Source: a virus | Taxonomy: Duplodnaviria > Heunggongvirae > Uroviricota > Caudoviricetes | Reading direction: 5' to 3' (one strand) | Virus record (IMG/VR): IMGVR_UViG_3300024341_000001 | Length of the DNA stretch: 64,000 nt | Part shown: positions 8,424-18,738 of the stretch, piece after piece | Layout: each line of letters opens with the position of its first letter | How positions within the stretch are numbered: the first letter of the stretch is position 1 | Program-made: the position numbers and the translations under genes | Notes under the pieces: model-generated | Database searches by the model: none | Told to the model about the DNA's origin: nothing | Seen by the model: the letters and a program-made list of their open reading frames with translations, nothing else

Positions 8424-9695
8424 ATGGAAACTTTTTATGCTAAGGTATTAGAACAGCTGGACGATTATCGATTCAAGGTCAAGCGTATGAATGCAGTTGA
8501 AAGGAGCGAAGCGTCATTAGCTGAAGTAGCAACAGTACTGTCTATGATGCCAACAGGACGAGGTGCTGGATTTCGTGCTGGTGCTAGTAAATGCGATAAT
8601 TTATATGCTGTATGTTTTAAAGATTCTGCATATATGGTTTTTATCCTGGGGTTTGTTCCAGGTAGTTTTGCGCGAGAAATTACTAGATCTGAACCTGGTG
8701 GATTTGTATTAGCTAGTGCAGATAATACACATGTTAAAGCATTCGGTGACGGATCATTAAGTTTATATACATCTGAATATTCACAATTAGTATTAGAGCC
8801 ACGAGCTGAATCGTTATTTGGACAATTCAAAAATGTAACCTTTAAATATTGGACAGGCAGTAATAGTATCAGACCTGGTATATACCGATTCTATTATGCC
8901 AAGGATCAAGATCTTACCGCATTACCTACACACAAAACAGATACTAAGCCAGATAATTTTATAATCGATATTGGTAAATCAGATGAAGCTAAAGGCACTG
9001 TTAACTTTTGGATAAAAGAAAATTATGATTCAACTGGATCTTCCATATATTCATTAACTGGTACAATAGGCGACAAAAATATTATTGCTTTGTCGTTTGC
9101 TGAGACAGATTTAAAAATTACATCAGATATTACATGGACAACCGATGGTGCATTATTATATTCTGTAAAAAACACTGACACAAAAAATAATGTTCAGTGG
9201 AAGTTTGATGAGAAGTCATTGATAAGCACACTGACCTTCAACGATGCTAAAGCTAAAGTTGATCTAATACTGGATTCATCAGTGGACAATCAATTTAGTA
9301 TTATTGGTAGTGGCGAAGGTGCAAGTAAGAAATATTCATTAGCAATGGGCACGGGTTCAAGTGCATTAATACTACGTCTAGCCGATGATAAAGTTAAATT
9401 AGATATTGCCAGTGATGGTGGTATTATATTAGATAATGGTAAATGTGTAATTACTGTTACCGCTAGCGGTGATGTTACGATTAAAGCGGACGGTACAATT
9501 AAGATTGGTGGATCCGGTAATGAACAGCGATTAGTGACAGAAAGTTGGGTCAAGGACGAGTACGCTAAGCATCAACATCAAGCACAAGGCCCGGCATCAC
9601 CTACAAGTACACCTTTTCCATTAGATATGAGTATATATTCACCAGGCTCAGACAGCAGTTCAAATCAATTTACAAATACAACGAGGGCAGAATAA
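8424..9695 (+). CDS. hypothetical beta-rich protein (possible virion/fibre-like)
   Basis: 423 aa; Ser/Thr/Gly-rich beta-strand repeats; leaderless. Confidence 0.35.
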   Translation: METFYAKVLEQLDDYRFKVKRMNAVERSEASLAEVATVLSMMPTGRGAGFRAGASKCDNLYAVCFKDSAYMVFILGFVPGSFAREITRSEPGGFVLASADNTHVKAFGDGSLSLYTSEYSQLVLEPRAESLFGQFKNVTFKYWTGSNSIRPGIYRFYYAKDQDLTALPTHKTDTKPDNFIIDIGKSDEAKGTVNFWIKENYDSTGSSIYSLTGTIGDKNIIALSFAETDLKITSDITWTTDGALLYSVKNTDTKNNVQWKFDEKSLISTLTFNDAKAKVDLILDSSVDNQFSIIGSGEGASKKYSLAMGTGSSALILRLADDKVKLDIASDGGIILDNGKCVITVTASGDVTIKADGTIKIGGSGNEQRLVTESWVKDEYAKHQHQAQGPASPTSTPFPLDMSIYSPGSDSSSNQFTNTTRAE

Positions 9696-9946
9696 TGTCA
9701 TTAAGTGCGAGCGATCTTGTGGTTAAGATAAAAGCTGAGGTCGACAAGAAAAAACAAAAAATAAAATTACGTGATAATTATACTAATGATGAAATGTTTG
9801 AAGCCATTGCAAAAGCTATTATTGATTACTTAACAGCCAACACCGTCGTGTCAGTAACAGCTAATATTGGTGAAATCATGGTAGCAGGTAGTCCGTCAGC
9901 ACAACAAAATGCGGCACCTATTACAATAAAAGGAACAATCAGTTAA
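9695..9946 (+). CDS. hypothetical protein
   Basis: 83 aa; ATGA start-stop overlap with upstream gene. Confidence 0.3.
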   Translation: MSLSASDLVVKIKAEVDKKKQKIKLRDNYTNDEMFEAIAKAIIDYLTANTVVSVTANIGEIMVAGSPSAQQNAAPITIKGTIS

Positions 9947-9985
9947 TACTATTGACATACTCAGATTATTTGAGTAATATTACGT

Positions 9986-10303
9986 ATGAATCTAAATAAA
10001 CTCGGATTTGAAAAGAAAAGAACAGATGACTTAATAGCTGGTGGTACCGCAGGTGCCTTGGCTAATTTAGTTGTCGCCCCTATTGATGCAATCGCAGATT
10101 CACGTCGCGCTGGTACATTTTTAGGACATAAACTTATGTCAAAAACTATTCCGGCGCAGATAAAAGAAATGTATTACATAGGTGGCCCCAAAGGATTTTT
10201 TTCTGGAGCCGGTGTAAAAATGCTTAAAGTAGCACCTGCTTCAGCTCTATCATTTGCACTCTATGGAATTACCAAAGACATACTTCAACGAAAAAATAAG
10301 TGA
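9986..10303 (+). CDS. small Gly/Ala-rich membrane protein
   Basis: LIAGGTAGALANLVVAPI hydrophobic Gly-rich segments. Confidence 0.3.
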   Translation: MNLNKLGFEKKRTDDLIAGGTAGALANLVVAPIDAIADSRRAGTFLGHKLMSKTIPAQIKEMYYIGGPKGFFSGAGVKMLKVAPASALSFALYGITKDILQRKNK

Positions 10304-10994
10304 TCCACAAACACCACTACTGCCCGCAGTTAGTTTAGGTGCAGCTTACGGTATACCCATGGCTATATTATATCAGTTAGCACGTGGGCGCAATGTAGGA
10401 TGGAAAGACGCATTAATAGGTGCGGGTATTGGCGCAGGATCTGCATTAATTGCCAATACGGTAAATCGTAAATATTTTGCAGATGAATGGGATAGATATC
10501 GTGAAGGTAAAAAAATGCAAGAACTAGGATTTCAAAAGACCGCAAAAGACATGCCGTCATTCACCAGCCAGGATCGTCCTGAAAAGGTAAAAGAAATATA
10601 TCGTGCATTAAAACGCGAACACCCAGAATGGTCTGCTGGTAAAAAGGCACGTATTGCTGAAAGCACATATAATAAAATGGCTGCCGTTAGTCCTAAAGCA
10701 TTACGACAGGCATTGGATAAACGAATTACCACAACAAACGAATTGATTTTAAACGGCAATGTACCATTAACAAAACAATTATTGAAACGTAATATATCAC
10801 AGGGGTCTAATCTAATACAAAAGATGACCGCAGAAAAAGCGCCTGCATCTGAAGGAGCTAACGCAATAAGAACGACAGCATTGGCTCCAGCACAATTACA
10901 AGATAAACTAAATTATGTAAATTATTTTGTTAATCGTTCCAAAGAGGCGCTCAACGAATTAAAAATTATACCTTATATAAAGAAAACAAAATGA
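10254..10994 (+). CDS. glycine-zipper membrane protein (start uncertain)
   Basis: GAAYGIPMAILYQ...LIGAGIGAGSALIA glycine-zipper TM; overlaps the upstream ORF by 50 nt in another frame, so the true start is probably an internal ATG. Confidence 0.3.
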   Translation: MHSMELPKTYFNEKISDPQTPLLPAVSLGAAYGIPMAILYQLARGRNVGWKDALIGAGIGAGSALIANTVNRKYFADEWDRYREGKKMQELGFQKTAKDMPSFTSQDRPEKVKEIYRALKREHPEWSAGKKARIAESTYNKMAAVSPKALRQALDKRITTTNELILNGNVPLTKQLLKRNISQGSNLIQKMTAEKAPASEGANAIRTTALAPAQLQDKLNYVNYFVNRSKEALNELKIIPYIKKTK

Positions 10995-12721
10995 CAGATC
11001 TATTTATTAAACCATTAGAATTTGAAAAGACTGCATACCTACGAGTAAGTGAAAATCCTACTGAATGGACTAGAGATGTAATGGAACAGTTCTATGTGGC
11101 ATTTCCTTATTTTATTAATTATCCGGTCAGAGTAGAATTCAAACAAAAAGATGAACAAAAAGGATATGCAATTGGTGCAATCATTGTTGAAAATGGTGGA
11201 GGTGTCGCAGTGCCCATCGTTATTAAAAATCGTGAATTGTATCCATTTGACGTTTGCTTAATTAATGGACAAGTTATACCATTAACTGATTATACAATCA
11301 ATACATATATTGCAGGTAAAACTCCGTTCCTGAAAACGGTGAAACGAGAAACAGGTGATATCACTACATTGTTATTTAGTTCAGGCGGATTGGGATATAT
11401 GAGAGAGGCACCAATCGAAACCTACAAAACTGCTGGTGCAGACGAATCATTATTAGATAAAGTATTGCCTTTAACAACAAAGGCCGAACGTGAAAAGATT
11501 TTGACAGAAATTGAAAACGAGCAAGTAACTGAAGGTTATCGTATGAACGGCACAGCGTCGTGTGTAGTTAAGATTGCCAGTGAATCGCACGAAGATGTGG
11601 TTCTCGAGAAAACTGCAGCACGTGTAAATGATTTACTCGACCGTGATATTTGGTACATTTATAAAAATGGTGAGTTTTCATATCATGGTACATTCGGGAA
11701 TAGTAAGGTTGCCGATACTGCAATTACATTTGATAACATGACCGAAGCAGATGTTGCCGCATTTAAAGGACAGCTTATTAAATGTGCGAAAGCCAAAACA
11801 TTAGAAGCTAAACAGCAATCTAAGCCTGTAGTAATACTACCAATTAAAAATAGTGACACGTCAATTGTGTTACTTGAAAATGGTGACTATGTTCGTATAC
11901 CTAATCACATGTATGTAGATGCACCGGTAAAAATATCAATGGAACCTCCTGGACAGCCGCCTGAATTACATAAATCCGGTATGTTTAAATACGGAGATGG
12001 TACATATAGCGATGTATTAACCGTAGATCGATTACTTGCTATGCGTGATATACAGTATGTGTATGCAAATAATGGAGCCAAGTTTGCGGTGTATAGTGGT
12101 ATTGAAAAGACTGCAAATGTTGATGGGTGGACATGGGTGCCAGAAAATGCATTTGTTAAGTTAGGTTGTGAACAATGCACAGAAAAGAAAGTAAAAAATA
12201 TAAAACATCGTGTTATTAAAACAGCTACTGAATTATCAATAGATGGTGCAACACCAGTCAACCTACATGATGGCATTTGGACGTTAATTCAGAAAGGTGC
12301 ACTAGAGGATGATGTAAAAAAACTTGGATCGTTACGGGATGGTGAAGCCTTAGAGTTTGAATACGAATTTACTGAACCAGTTTCGTCCATTGAAAAGATA
12401 GCATTTGAGTATGACAGTATTGTTGCAAAAGAATTAAGTGATATCCAAAGAGTATCTCGAAATTATGTTAAAGAAGCAAGCGCTATACCTGATGTACCTA
12501 CTGTTGATAAAGTGTTAGCACTAAATTTTGTTAACAAAGATACAATTGCGGTATTTATAGACTCAATCCCGTTATTTGAAAATGCTGTGGCAGCGTTAGC
12601 AGAAATGATTATGAAAGCAAGAATTGGTGTACAGTTAGTAGATGAAGGCGCATTGCGCAAAGTAATGTTTGGTTTGTTAGATATAATTGAAATATTACGT
12701 GGAGTAAAGGGATTAAAATGA
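10991..12721 (+). CDS. hypothetical large protein
   Basis: 576-aa ORF; no recognisable catalytic motif. Confidence 0.4.
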   Translation: MTDLFIKPLEFEKTAYLRVSENPTEWTRDVMEQFYVAFPYFINYPVRVEFKQKDEQKGYAIGAIIVENGGGVAVPIVIKNRELYPFDVCLINGQVIPLTDYTINTYIAGKTPFLKTVKRETGDITTLLFSSGGLGYMREAPIETYKTAGADESLLDKVLPLTTKAEREKILTEIENEQVTEGYRMNGTASCVVKIASESHEDVVLEKTAARVNDLLDRDIWYIYKNGEFSYHGTFGNSKVADTAITFDNMTEADVAAFKGQLIKCAKAKTLEAKQQSKPVVILPIKNSDTSIVLLENGDYVRIPNHMYVDAPVKISMEPPGQPPELHKSGMFKYGDGTYSDVLTVDRLLAMRDIQYVYANNGAKFAVYSGIEKTANVDGWTWVPENAFVKLGCEQCTEKKVKNIKHRVIKTATELSIDGATPVNLHDGIWTLIQKGALEDDVKKLGSLRDGEALEFEYEFTEPVSSIEKIAFEYDSIVAKELSDIQRVSRNYVKEASAIPDVPTVDKVLALNFVNKDTIAVFIDSIPLFENAVAALAEMIMKARIGVQLVDEGALRKVMFGLLDIIEILRGVKGLK

Positions 12722-13125
12722 ACGAAATAGCTAACTTATTTGCAAAAGCAATTAACAAAGTAAGACAATTTCCTCGCACAACTACGGGAATTGCTGGCGG
12801 TGCAGTGGGGGCCGTTGGAGGCAATGTTATCGATGATGGTAATGCACGTGGTACTATTGTGGGCACCGCATTTGGTACTGGAGCAGGCGTGGCATTTGGT
12901 GCTAAATTTAATAAAGCAATAACACCCTTAGTTAATAAAGTACGTGAAACCGTGCCTTCCATGGCTAATATAGCTTTGTCTGAAAAAGAATTGCGTATGA
13001 ATCGAATTCAGCATGCGCAAAATGCACAGGCACACGATAAACGCTTACTTAATTTAAAGAAACAACAGAAACCAGTAGATTCAGCTATTCCCGGCGTAGA
13101 AGGGTTTAGAGTAGTGAAAGGATAA
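12718..13125 (+). CDS. glycine-zipper (SlyB/17-kDa-antigen-like) protein
   Basis: GIAGGAVGAVGGNVIDDGNARGTIVGTAFGTGAGVAFGA. Confidence 0.4.
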   Translation: MNEIANLFAKAINKVRQFPRTTTGIAGGAVGAVGGNVIDDGNARGTIVGTAFGTGAGVAFGAKFNKAITPLVNKVRETVPSMANIALSEKELRMNRIQHAQNAQAHDKRLLNLKKQQKPVDSAIPGVEGFRVVKG

Positions 13126-13128
13126 GTT

Positions 13129-13377
13129 GTGGTAAAACAATCTAGTATAGGTGAATTATTTACACCAGTTGCGAAACACTTAGCAAAAAATCCCAATTTA
13201 GCTGGGGGTGCGATTGGTGCATTAACTGGTGGAATTTTGGGAGCAAACACATTCAATGACACCCCAATTGCCGGAGTATTAGGTGGTGCAATCATGGGAG
13301 GTGCAACGGGTGCATTTATTGCAACAACCAAGCGTGGTAAACAAACAATGAAGGTTTTATTTGGCAAAGGAAAATAA
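13129..13377 (+). CDS. glycine-zipper protein
   Basis: GGAIGALTGGILGA...GVLGGAIMGGATGAFIA. Confidence 0.4.
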   Translation: MVKQSSIGELFTPVAKHLAKNPNLAGGAIGALTGGILGANTFNDTPIAGVLGGAIMGGATGAFIATTKRGKQTMKVLFGKGK

Positions 13378-14116
13378 TAACACACTAACTGGTGTAGCAT
13401 TAGGCACCGGTGGTGGGATAGCTTATACATATGGACGTTCTAGTCTGCCGAAGGTCAGTAAGCCAGTACATATTTCAGCACTGGAAAAAGAAAAATTTAT
13501 ATCCAAGTTGAAACCTGGCGACGTGTTACTAACTGGGGCGTACGACAAGGGTCCATGGGAAAAAGGTTTTGATACATTTCTAAATCGCAATAAACCTGTT
13601 TATCATATTGGTGTATATACTGGCAAGGGGCAATATTCCGAATTTTTATTACGTCATCAACAGCCGGGCGGAGATACAACCAAAAAAGATTTACGACAAG
13701 CACTCACTGAAGAAGCACATGAAGCATGGCGTCCTCACATTACTGATACTGAGCGCAAAAATTTCTTAAAGGGTGTAAATAAACGTTATACTAAGTCTTC
13801 ATACAGCTCTCCCGCTGCTATAAAAGCGTATCTAGCGAACTCATTTGGATTAAAAAATATAAAGTGTGAAGGAGATTTTTGCAGTAATGCTCCAGCCAAA
13901 CATTTACCACAGCGATTATTCAAAGTCAATAAATCAATTGCTATGCCAAAAGATTTCACCAATCCAAAAAAATTTACATTAGTAGCAGAACTAAAGAAAG
14001 TAGAAACACATCTACCAGCATCAAATAAATCATTATTAAAGTATGTCGTAGCTCCTGCTGTAGCATTAGGTGCATTAGGGTTTGCATTAGATCATGCCAA
14101 AAAACGAAAAGAATAA
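13361..14116 (+). CDS. hypothetical protein, possibly permuted papain-like/NlpC-P60-type amidase
   Basis: Gly-rich N-terminus; KPGDVLLTG...VYHIGVYTG resembles YiiX/NlpC-family cores; weak. Confidence 0.25.
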   Translation: MAKENNNTLTGVALGTGGGIAYTYGRSSLPKVSKPVHISALEKEKFISKLKPGDVLLTGAYDKGPWEKGFDTFLNRNKPVYHIGVYTGKGQYSEFLLRHQQPGGDTTKKDLRQALTEEAHEAWRPHITDTERKNFLKGVNKRYTKSSYSSPAAIKAYLANSFGLKNIKCEGDFCSNAPAKHLPQRLFKVNKSIAMPKDFTNPKKFTLVAELKKVETHLPASNKSLLKYVVAPAVALGALGFALDHAKKRKE

Positions 14117-15254
14117 ATATATTATTCCCGGATTAGCCGCAGCCGTAGGCGCTGCAACTTATGCTGTAGCACGTAAAGCATGGAATCCTACAGCATTACA
14201 ACGAGCATCAAAGGGTAAACTTACCTGGGTTAGTGACGCAGGCACGCGAAAAATAATGAGCGGTAAAAATCCACTAAGTAGAACATTAAAGAATATATTC
14301 TACGGCGACATTGATGTTACATCTGTTGATAAGCTCAAGAATGTAAAAAAAGTTGAAGGTGCGTTGTACGCAGACATTGATGTATTAGGCAAAACACCAA
14401 ATTTACCTAAAGCCGATATTGGTCTTAATACGGCATCACATATTATTCGTGAGAAATTACAAAACAAAATAGAGTTTTCAAGACTTAAAGATCCAACACA
14501 CAGTATCGTGCCAGGTCGTGCATTTAGTGAAGCAGTTGGTTCGCCTAAATCAAAGGCAAAATTTTTGGAAGCATTCAGTAAGATTCGTAATAAGCATTAT
14601 ATTAAACCTACTGTTGATTATGCATCCAGACAAGAAGGACATTTTCCGTCATCAGTTATTAGTGAGATTCAAGAGCATTATAAATTAACAGGCGAAGTCC
14701 CAAAACAATATCGTAAAGCAGTCGGACACTTATTTAAGAATCAGTCTAAATATGTTATACAGCCTGAGGTCGATTACGAAAGAATTAGTAGTGGTATGGA
14801 TAAAGGTAAACCAAGACACGAATTTAGAGTTGAGTTTTCTGTACATAAGAATAAAGTTAGTCCGGTTAATATTACCGGACGTAACGCAGATTGGGCTGGT
14901 GGGGTAATACCAATAAATAAATCTCATGCAGATAAAAAATTTATATCATCAACTATGGGATCATTACAAAGGATAGTAAAAGCTAATCCAAAAGTATTCA
15001 AAGAACGCAGTTTCTTGCTTGGTGCTGATGTCATTAAAGATGTGAAAGGCAAAACACGGATAGTAGAAATAAATGATCAAAGCGGTAATTTAGATCCCGC
15101 GATACTAACAGTCAATTATCGTCCAAATACTGCCCACAATTTGTACAAAAAAGTAACTGGTCGCGATACTAAAGTTACAGCAGGCATTAAAGCAATAGCT
15201 ACATCTACCGTTGTAGGTAGCACTGCACTTATAGAACGTAAAGAAAAAGCCTGA
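14094..15254 (+). CDS. hypothetical protein with N-terminal TM anchor
   Basis: 386 aa; IIPGLAAAVGAATYAVA anchor. Confidence 0.35.
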   Translation: MPKNEKNKYIIPGLAAAVGAATYAVARKAWNPTALQRASKGKLTWVSDAGTRKIMSGKNPLSRTLKNIFYGDIDVTSVDKLKNVKKVEGALYADIDVLGKTPNLPKADIGLNTASHIIREKLQNKIEFSRLKDPTHSIVPGRAFSEAVGSPKSKAKFLEAFSKIRNKHYIKPTVDYASRQEGHFPSSVISEIQEHYKLTGEVPKQYRKAVGHLFKNQSKYVIQPEVDYERISSGMDKGKPRHEFRVEFSVHKNKVSPVNITGRNADWAGGVIPINKSHADKKFISSTMGSLQRIVKANPKVFKERSFLLGADVIKDVKGKTRIVEINDQSGNLDPAILTVNYRPNTAHNLYKKVTGRDTKVTAGIKAIATSTVVGSTALIERKEKA

Positions 15255-15275
15255 GATTAATCAGGCTTTTCTCAT
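15243..15275. terminator. bidirectional rho-independent terminator
   Basis: AAAGCCTGA-gattaa-TCAGGCTTT stem with A-run upstream and TTCTCATTT downstream; separates convergent genes. Confidence 0.7.
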
Positions 15276-15299
15276 TTATATCAGCCAGTGTTCTCTGGT

Positions 15300-15905
15300 T
15301 TATGACTCTTTATTTTCCTTTGATGCGGCTGGCTCTTTACTTGAAAGAGCTTTTACCTGATCGGCGATTGATTTATTCTCGTCCTCATCCTCACTCTCAT
15401 CCTCATCATTTTCGATCTGCAGGACCTTTGAGGGGTCAAGAATTTCGATAGCATCGATTTCGTTGAAAGTAAGGAGCAAGTTATATGGCTTGTCGTCGGA
15501 GTCAGTGATAATGCAATTCTCAACGTCACCTTCGGCAACAGCTTCAAAATGAATTATATGATCGTCAGCATATATCTTAGTGACTTTTGCTAACACCACT
15601 GCGTCTGACTCATCATATCCCCCATGCCAGCGTTTACTTATTACTCCCTCATCGAGCAATCGAAGCATCCCTTCGTGTTGCACGTGTAACCGCACGATTT
15701 TGTCGGGCAGTGTATCGCACATGACCTTGAGGACATCATCGGGATTACCTTTTGGATATTGCGGCTTGCTCCATTTAGCACTGTAATTTACAAAAGCACC
15801 AAGTTTGTGAATGCCGCCATCTTTAATCCAGGATAATGGCGCAGCTGCGATTGTGATCGCTTTTAGGGCAAGCATAATGCCACTATTTAATAAAGCGTGT
15901 AACAT
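15300..15905 (-). CDS. hypothetical protein with acidic C-terminal tail
   Basis: 201 aa; DEDESEDEDE tail. Confidence 0.35.
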   Translation of the reverse strand: MLHALLNSGIMLALKAITIAAAPLSWIKDGGIHKLGAFVNYSAKWSKPQYPKGNPDDVLKVMCDTLPDKIVRLHVQHEGMLRLLDEGVISKRWHGGYDESDAVVLAKVTKIYADDHIIHFEAVAEGDVENCIITDSDDKPYNLLLTFNEIDAIEILDPSKVLQIENDEDESEDEDENKSIADQVKALSSKEPAASKENKES

Positions 15906-16007
15906 ATTATTACTCCTTTACCTGTTTATGCATACCCGTTGCAATGGCCCAGGTAGGCCGATTGTTATTGATTTATTGTGAACAATCCGGGTAAATTGCT
16001 CATATTC

Positions 16008-16016
16008 TCTTATACC
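16008..16016 (+). repeat. TCTTATACC motif copy 8
   Basis: divergent gap, 5 nt before the -35 of the 16056 promoter. Confidence 0.6.
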
Positions 16017-16021
16017 ACTAT

Positions 16022-16050
16022 TTGACTTTGTTTAAATAATTTCGTATATT
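16022..16050 (+). promoter_or_regulatory. sigma70-type promoter TTGACT-N17-TATATT, leaderless start
   Basis: -10 ends 5 nt before ATG 16056. Confidence 0.55.
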
Positions 16051-16055
16051 ATACC

Positions 16056-16280
16056 ATGAAATTAAATGATATAAAACTAGCTCTTGTACATCAAGAAGTT
16101 GATATGAAGATGCAAATTGCAGAGTTAGCGGCGCAATTAATCCAGCTTACCGTGCCTGGCGGAGTAGTAACCACAAAAGATTTTTTTGAGTTATACAACG
16201 AGCTTTGCAACGAAATATTGGAATCGTTAATAGAAGCAAAAGACGATGTGGTGTCCCAAATGCAATCAAAAGAAGTTTAG
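16056..16280 (+). CDS. hypothetical protein
   Basis: 74 aa, leaderless. Confidence 0.35.
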   Translation: MKLNDIKLALVHQEVDMKMQIAELAAQLIQLTVPGGVVTTKDFFELYNELCNEILESLIEAKDDVVSQMQSKEV

Positions 16281-16428
16281 GTTGGAACTTATCTGTACTA
16301 CTGAATCAGTAGCAACGGATGAAGCAACTTGCGAAGGATGTGGTTATAAATTTAAAATCACATGGCGATTAAAAAATAGACAAAAATACATATACTCACA
16401 AATTGAAAATTATGAAAAGGGTGGCTGA
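16246..16428 (+). CDS. small zinc-ribbon protein
   Basis: CPKC...CEGCG. Confidence 0.25.
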   Translation: MWCPKCNQKKFRLELICTTESVATDEATCEGCGYKFKITWRLKNRQKYIYSQIENYEKGG

Positions 16429-16450
16429 GGCTGCCCTTTTTCATTTATGT
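16424..16450. terminator. GC-rich hairpin between A-run and T-run in a convergent gap
   Basis: AAAAGGGTGGCTGAGGCTGCCCTTTTT. Confidence 0.5.
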
Positions 16451-16543
16451 AAAAGAGAAGGTGGCGATAGTTACTCGCCTTCCCTTTGTGACAAAAACCG
16501 TGCACGGTGTCGGTTAGAAAGAGGACATCTAATCCTTCTATGT

Positions 16544-16552
16544 TCTTATACC
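16544..16552 (+). repeat. TCTTATACC motif copy 9
   Basis: convergent noncoding gap 16430..16660. Confidence 0.6.
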
Positions 16553-16659
16553 GCATTACTTCCTTCAGCCCTAAAGCACATTACATTCGCCAAAAATAAA
16601 TCAAAAAAATATATCCCCTCATCCTCAAGAAAATAAAAAAAAATAGCCCATGTTCTGAG

Positions 16660-17490
16660 CTATTTTGGCCAATCACTCTTTTCGAGTAAATTGTCATAAA
16701 AACTTTGTAACGCTCCAGCAGCAACAACACCAAAAGCTTCGAATTGACTGCTCGGTACATTTGTAATTAACCAGTTATTAAAATTATCGCGATGTGTATT
16801 TAATATAGTCGGATCGATTGTTTGTAACATCTGAACAAATATGGGCAGCGCTCTTGGATGATATATAGCGCTAAATTTTAGATCAGATGCGTGCAATGTA
16901 CGGGGCACACATTCGAGAATTGGTGCAATTGAAAATAATGGTGCCGAATTTACATAAGCTTCAAATAATTTAAATAGATTTTCATCAACGCCAGCTATTC
17001 GATCTTGAATTATCATAAAAGCAGCGGGGGTCAATATACGTTCATGATCTGCATTTAATATCGTGGTGGCAAATACACCGAAACTATTTAATAACTTGTA
17101 CTGTGTGCTGTATGTATACATGCTTGATTCAAGTATGTCTTTAACGGTGATACTATCTGCCTTGTTATTACGTGTTAATACGTTATATGCGTCTAGTCCG
17201 TACTTATTTAATACTTTGTGCAATTTTAGCGCAGAGTACTCTTCGAAGTATTGTATGGCTCCCGATGCTATAGCTGAATCAGATAGATCTGTGAATGTGA
17301 CATTTAGTGGACTTGAGTGCTGTTCGGTGTATATATATTTAGCTATTATATCGAAACCAAATTCAGTTAAAAATTCACGTGCTTCGTCGCTAGTTAATGC
17401 AATCATAAAATGAGCCTCAACCCGTGATTCCGGTCTTTCGTGTTCAAGGATGCTAGTATGTGGTGAATCAAAGTCAACAGGTTCTCCCAA
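16660..17490 (-). CDS. hypothetical protein
   Basis: 276-aa ORF. Confidence 0.4.
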   Translation of the reverse strand: MGEPVDFDSPHTSILEHERPESRVEAHFMIALTSDEAREFLTEFGFDIIAKYIYTEQHSSPLNVTFTDLSDSAIASGAIQYFEEYSALKLHKVLNKYGLDAYNVLTRNNKADSITVKDILESSMYTYSTQYKLLNSFGVFATTILNADHERILTPAAFMIIQDRIAGVDENLFKLFEAYVNSAPLFSIAPILECVPRTLHASDLKFSAIYHPRALPIFVQMLQTIDPTILNTHRDNFNNWLITNVPSSQFEAFGVVAAGALQSFYDNLLEKSDWPK

Positions 17491-17926
17491 AATTTTTTAA
17501 TTTTTGAATTATTTGCCTATATAAGGGATTTTTTGGTTTTTCCGGCTCATGGGCGCACGGTATTAATTTTTTTCCAATTTTTAATTTGGATGATATTACC
17601 TCTGTATCATTTTTTAAATAAAACGCGCCAAATGGTATAACTGCCATTACATCACGATAAAAAATATTACGAATTTTAAAATGACAACAAAACTTGTCCC
17701 CTTTTTCTGCGGCGTACAGGTAACTATGAATCCAACCCTCTTCGGCATAATGTACAGTTTCTTTATAATTTACTTTAACTTCAGGGCGCTGTGTTACGCC
17801 TGGCTTAATCTGGACTTTCAGCGCCGCGGTATACCATATCCCATCCACAATTTTAATTGCTTTTACAACTTTTATTGGCCACCAGGCCCTCTTCGGTTTT
17901 GCCGGCGATTTCGGATAGAAGCACAT
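17474..17926 (-). CDS. hypothetical protein
   Basis: 150-aa ORF. Confidence 0.35.
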   Translation of the reverse strand: MCFYPKSPAKPKRAWWPIKVVKAIKIVDGIWYTAALKVQIKPGVTQRPEVKVNYKETVHYAEEGWIHSYLYAAEKGDKFCCHFKIRNIFYRDVMAVIPFGAFYLKNDTEVISSKLKIGKKLIPCAHEPEKPKNPLYRQIIQKLKNFGRTC

Positions 17927-18239
17927 TTTTTTTCTCCATAACCATTGATAATATTAAACTATTCTCGAGTACTAAGTTGATTTCACTTTCGTCTACTTCC
18001 TCGAAGCAACTTGCTTGTCGTAATAAGACTTCTTTTCCGGGATATTCACCAGTGTATATAGATCCAACTGCACTTCCTATACGTCCGTCATCCAATAGTA
18101 CAATTGCCTCGGAATCCTCCACACGATACCCTATTATTGGAAAACGATATATGAAATAGGTGCTGTCTTTGTCATCTTCTCCGCGCCAGTATCCATAATA
18201 AGCATGTATATTAGGATTATGATTTTCGATGATTGTCAT
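17853..18239 (-). CDS. hypothetical protein
   Basis: 128-aa ORF. Confidence 0.35.
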   Translation of the reverse strand: MTIIENHNPNIHAYYGYWRGEDDKDSTYFIYRFPIIGYRVEDSEAIVLLDDGRIGSAVGSIYTGEYPGKEVLLRQASCFEEVDESEINLVLENSLILSMVMEKKNVLLSEIAGKTEEGLVANKSCKSN

Positions 18240-18426
18240 CTAATGTTACCTCTCCATGAACCAAGGCACAGCCTGTTTCACTTAAGAAGTGCTCGAGTCC
18301 TGTTGTAATGTTTTTGCAAACTTCCTCTATAGATATCCCAGCTTCTAATTCAATATCGCACACAATTTTCAAACTGGCCTTAGCTTTTATCTTTTGTGGT
18401 TTAACTTTTTTGTTAATGATTGCCAT
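18217..18426 (-). CDS. hypothetical protein
   Basis: 69-aa ORF. Confidence 0.25.
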   Translation of the reverse strand: MAIINKKVKPQKIKAKASLKIVCDIELEAGISIEEVCKNITTGLEHFLSETGCALVHGEVTLDDNHRKS

Positions 18427-18432
18427 CTATTA

Positions 18433-18738
18433 CTAATCCTTATAAATTATCGGTTCTTCTTTGTTTGACAGCCTTTTATAAATAGTTACTAAATATATTA
18501 TTACTGCTATTACAATGGTTATACTAATTATAATAATCCGAATTAGCCAAGGACATAATAAAACAACATACAGAATTAATCCCGCCATGCCTCCATAAAC
18601 TACAATTGTTACCGTCATTATGAGTAACGCACCCGCAAATAGCAGCCTCGATTGATATTTTGTAACGGCTGTTTTCTCCAGGTCCGGAAATACACTTTTT
18701 GAAATAGCATACTTCCAACTTTTACGTGATACATTCAT
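18433..18738 (-). CDS. small multi-TM membrane protein (holin-like?)
   Basis: 2-3 hydrophobic helices in 101 aa. Confidence 0.3.
   Translation of the reverse strand: MNVSRKSWKYAISKSVFPDLEKTAVTKYQSRLLFAGALLIMTVTIVVYGGMAGLILYVVLLCPWLIRIIIISITIVIAVIIYLVTIYKRLSNKEEPIIYKD

Noticed and set aside
9986-10994. Programmed frameshift joining 9986..10303 and 10254..10994
   Set aside because: There is no slippery heptamer or stimulatory structure in the 50-nt overlap. An internal ATG with a plausible context gives an independent start for the second protein.
849-12962. Numerous antisense or overlapping ORFs in the track (for example 849..1034, 1655..1957, 1932..2174, 6039..6239, 8465..8830, 9290..9553, 10363..10759, 11905..12276, 12463..12962, 13008..13430)
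   Set aside because: They lie wholly inside longer, better-supported genes on the opposite strand or in another frame. They lack SD sites and have low-complexity composition.
16403-16636. 77-aa ORF in the convergent gap
   Set aside because: It runs through a terminator hairpin and a TCTTATACC copy. It has no SD and odd composition. It is probably non-coding.
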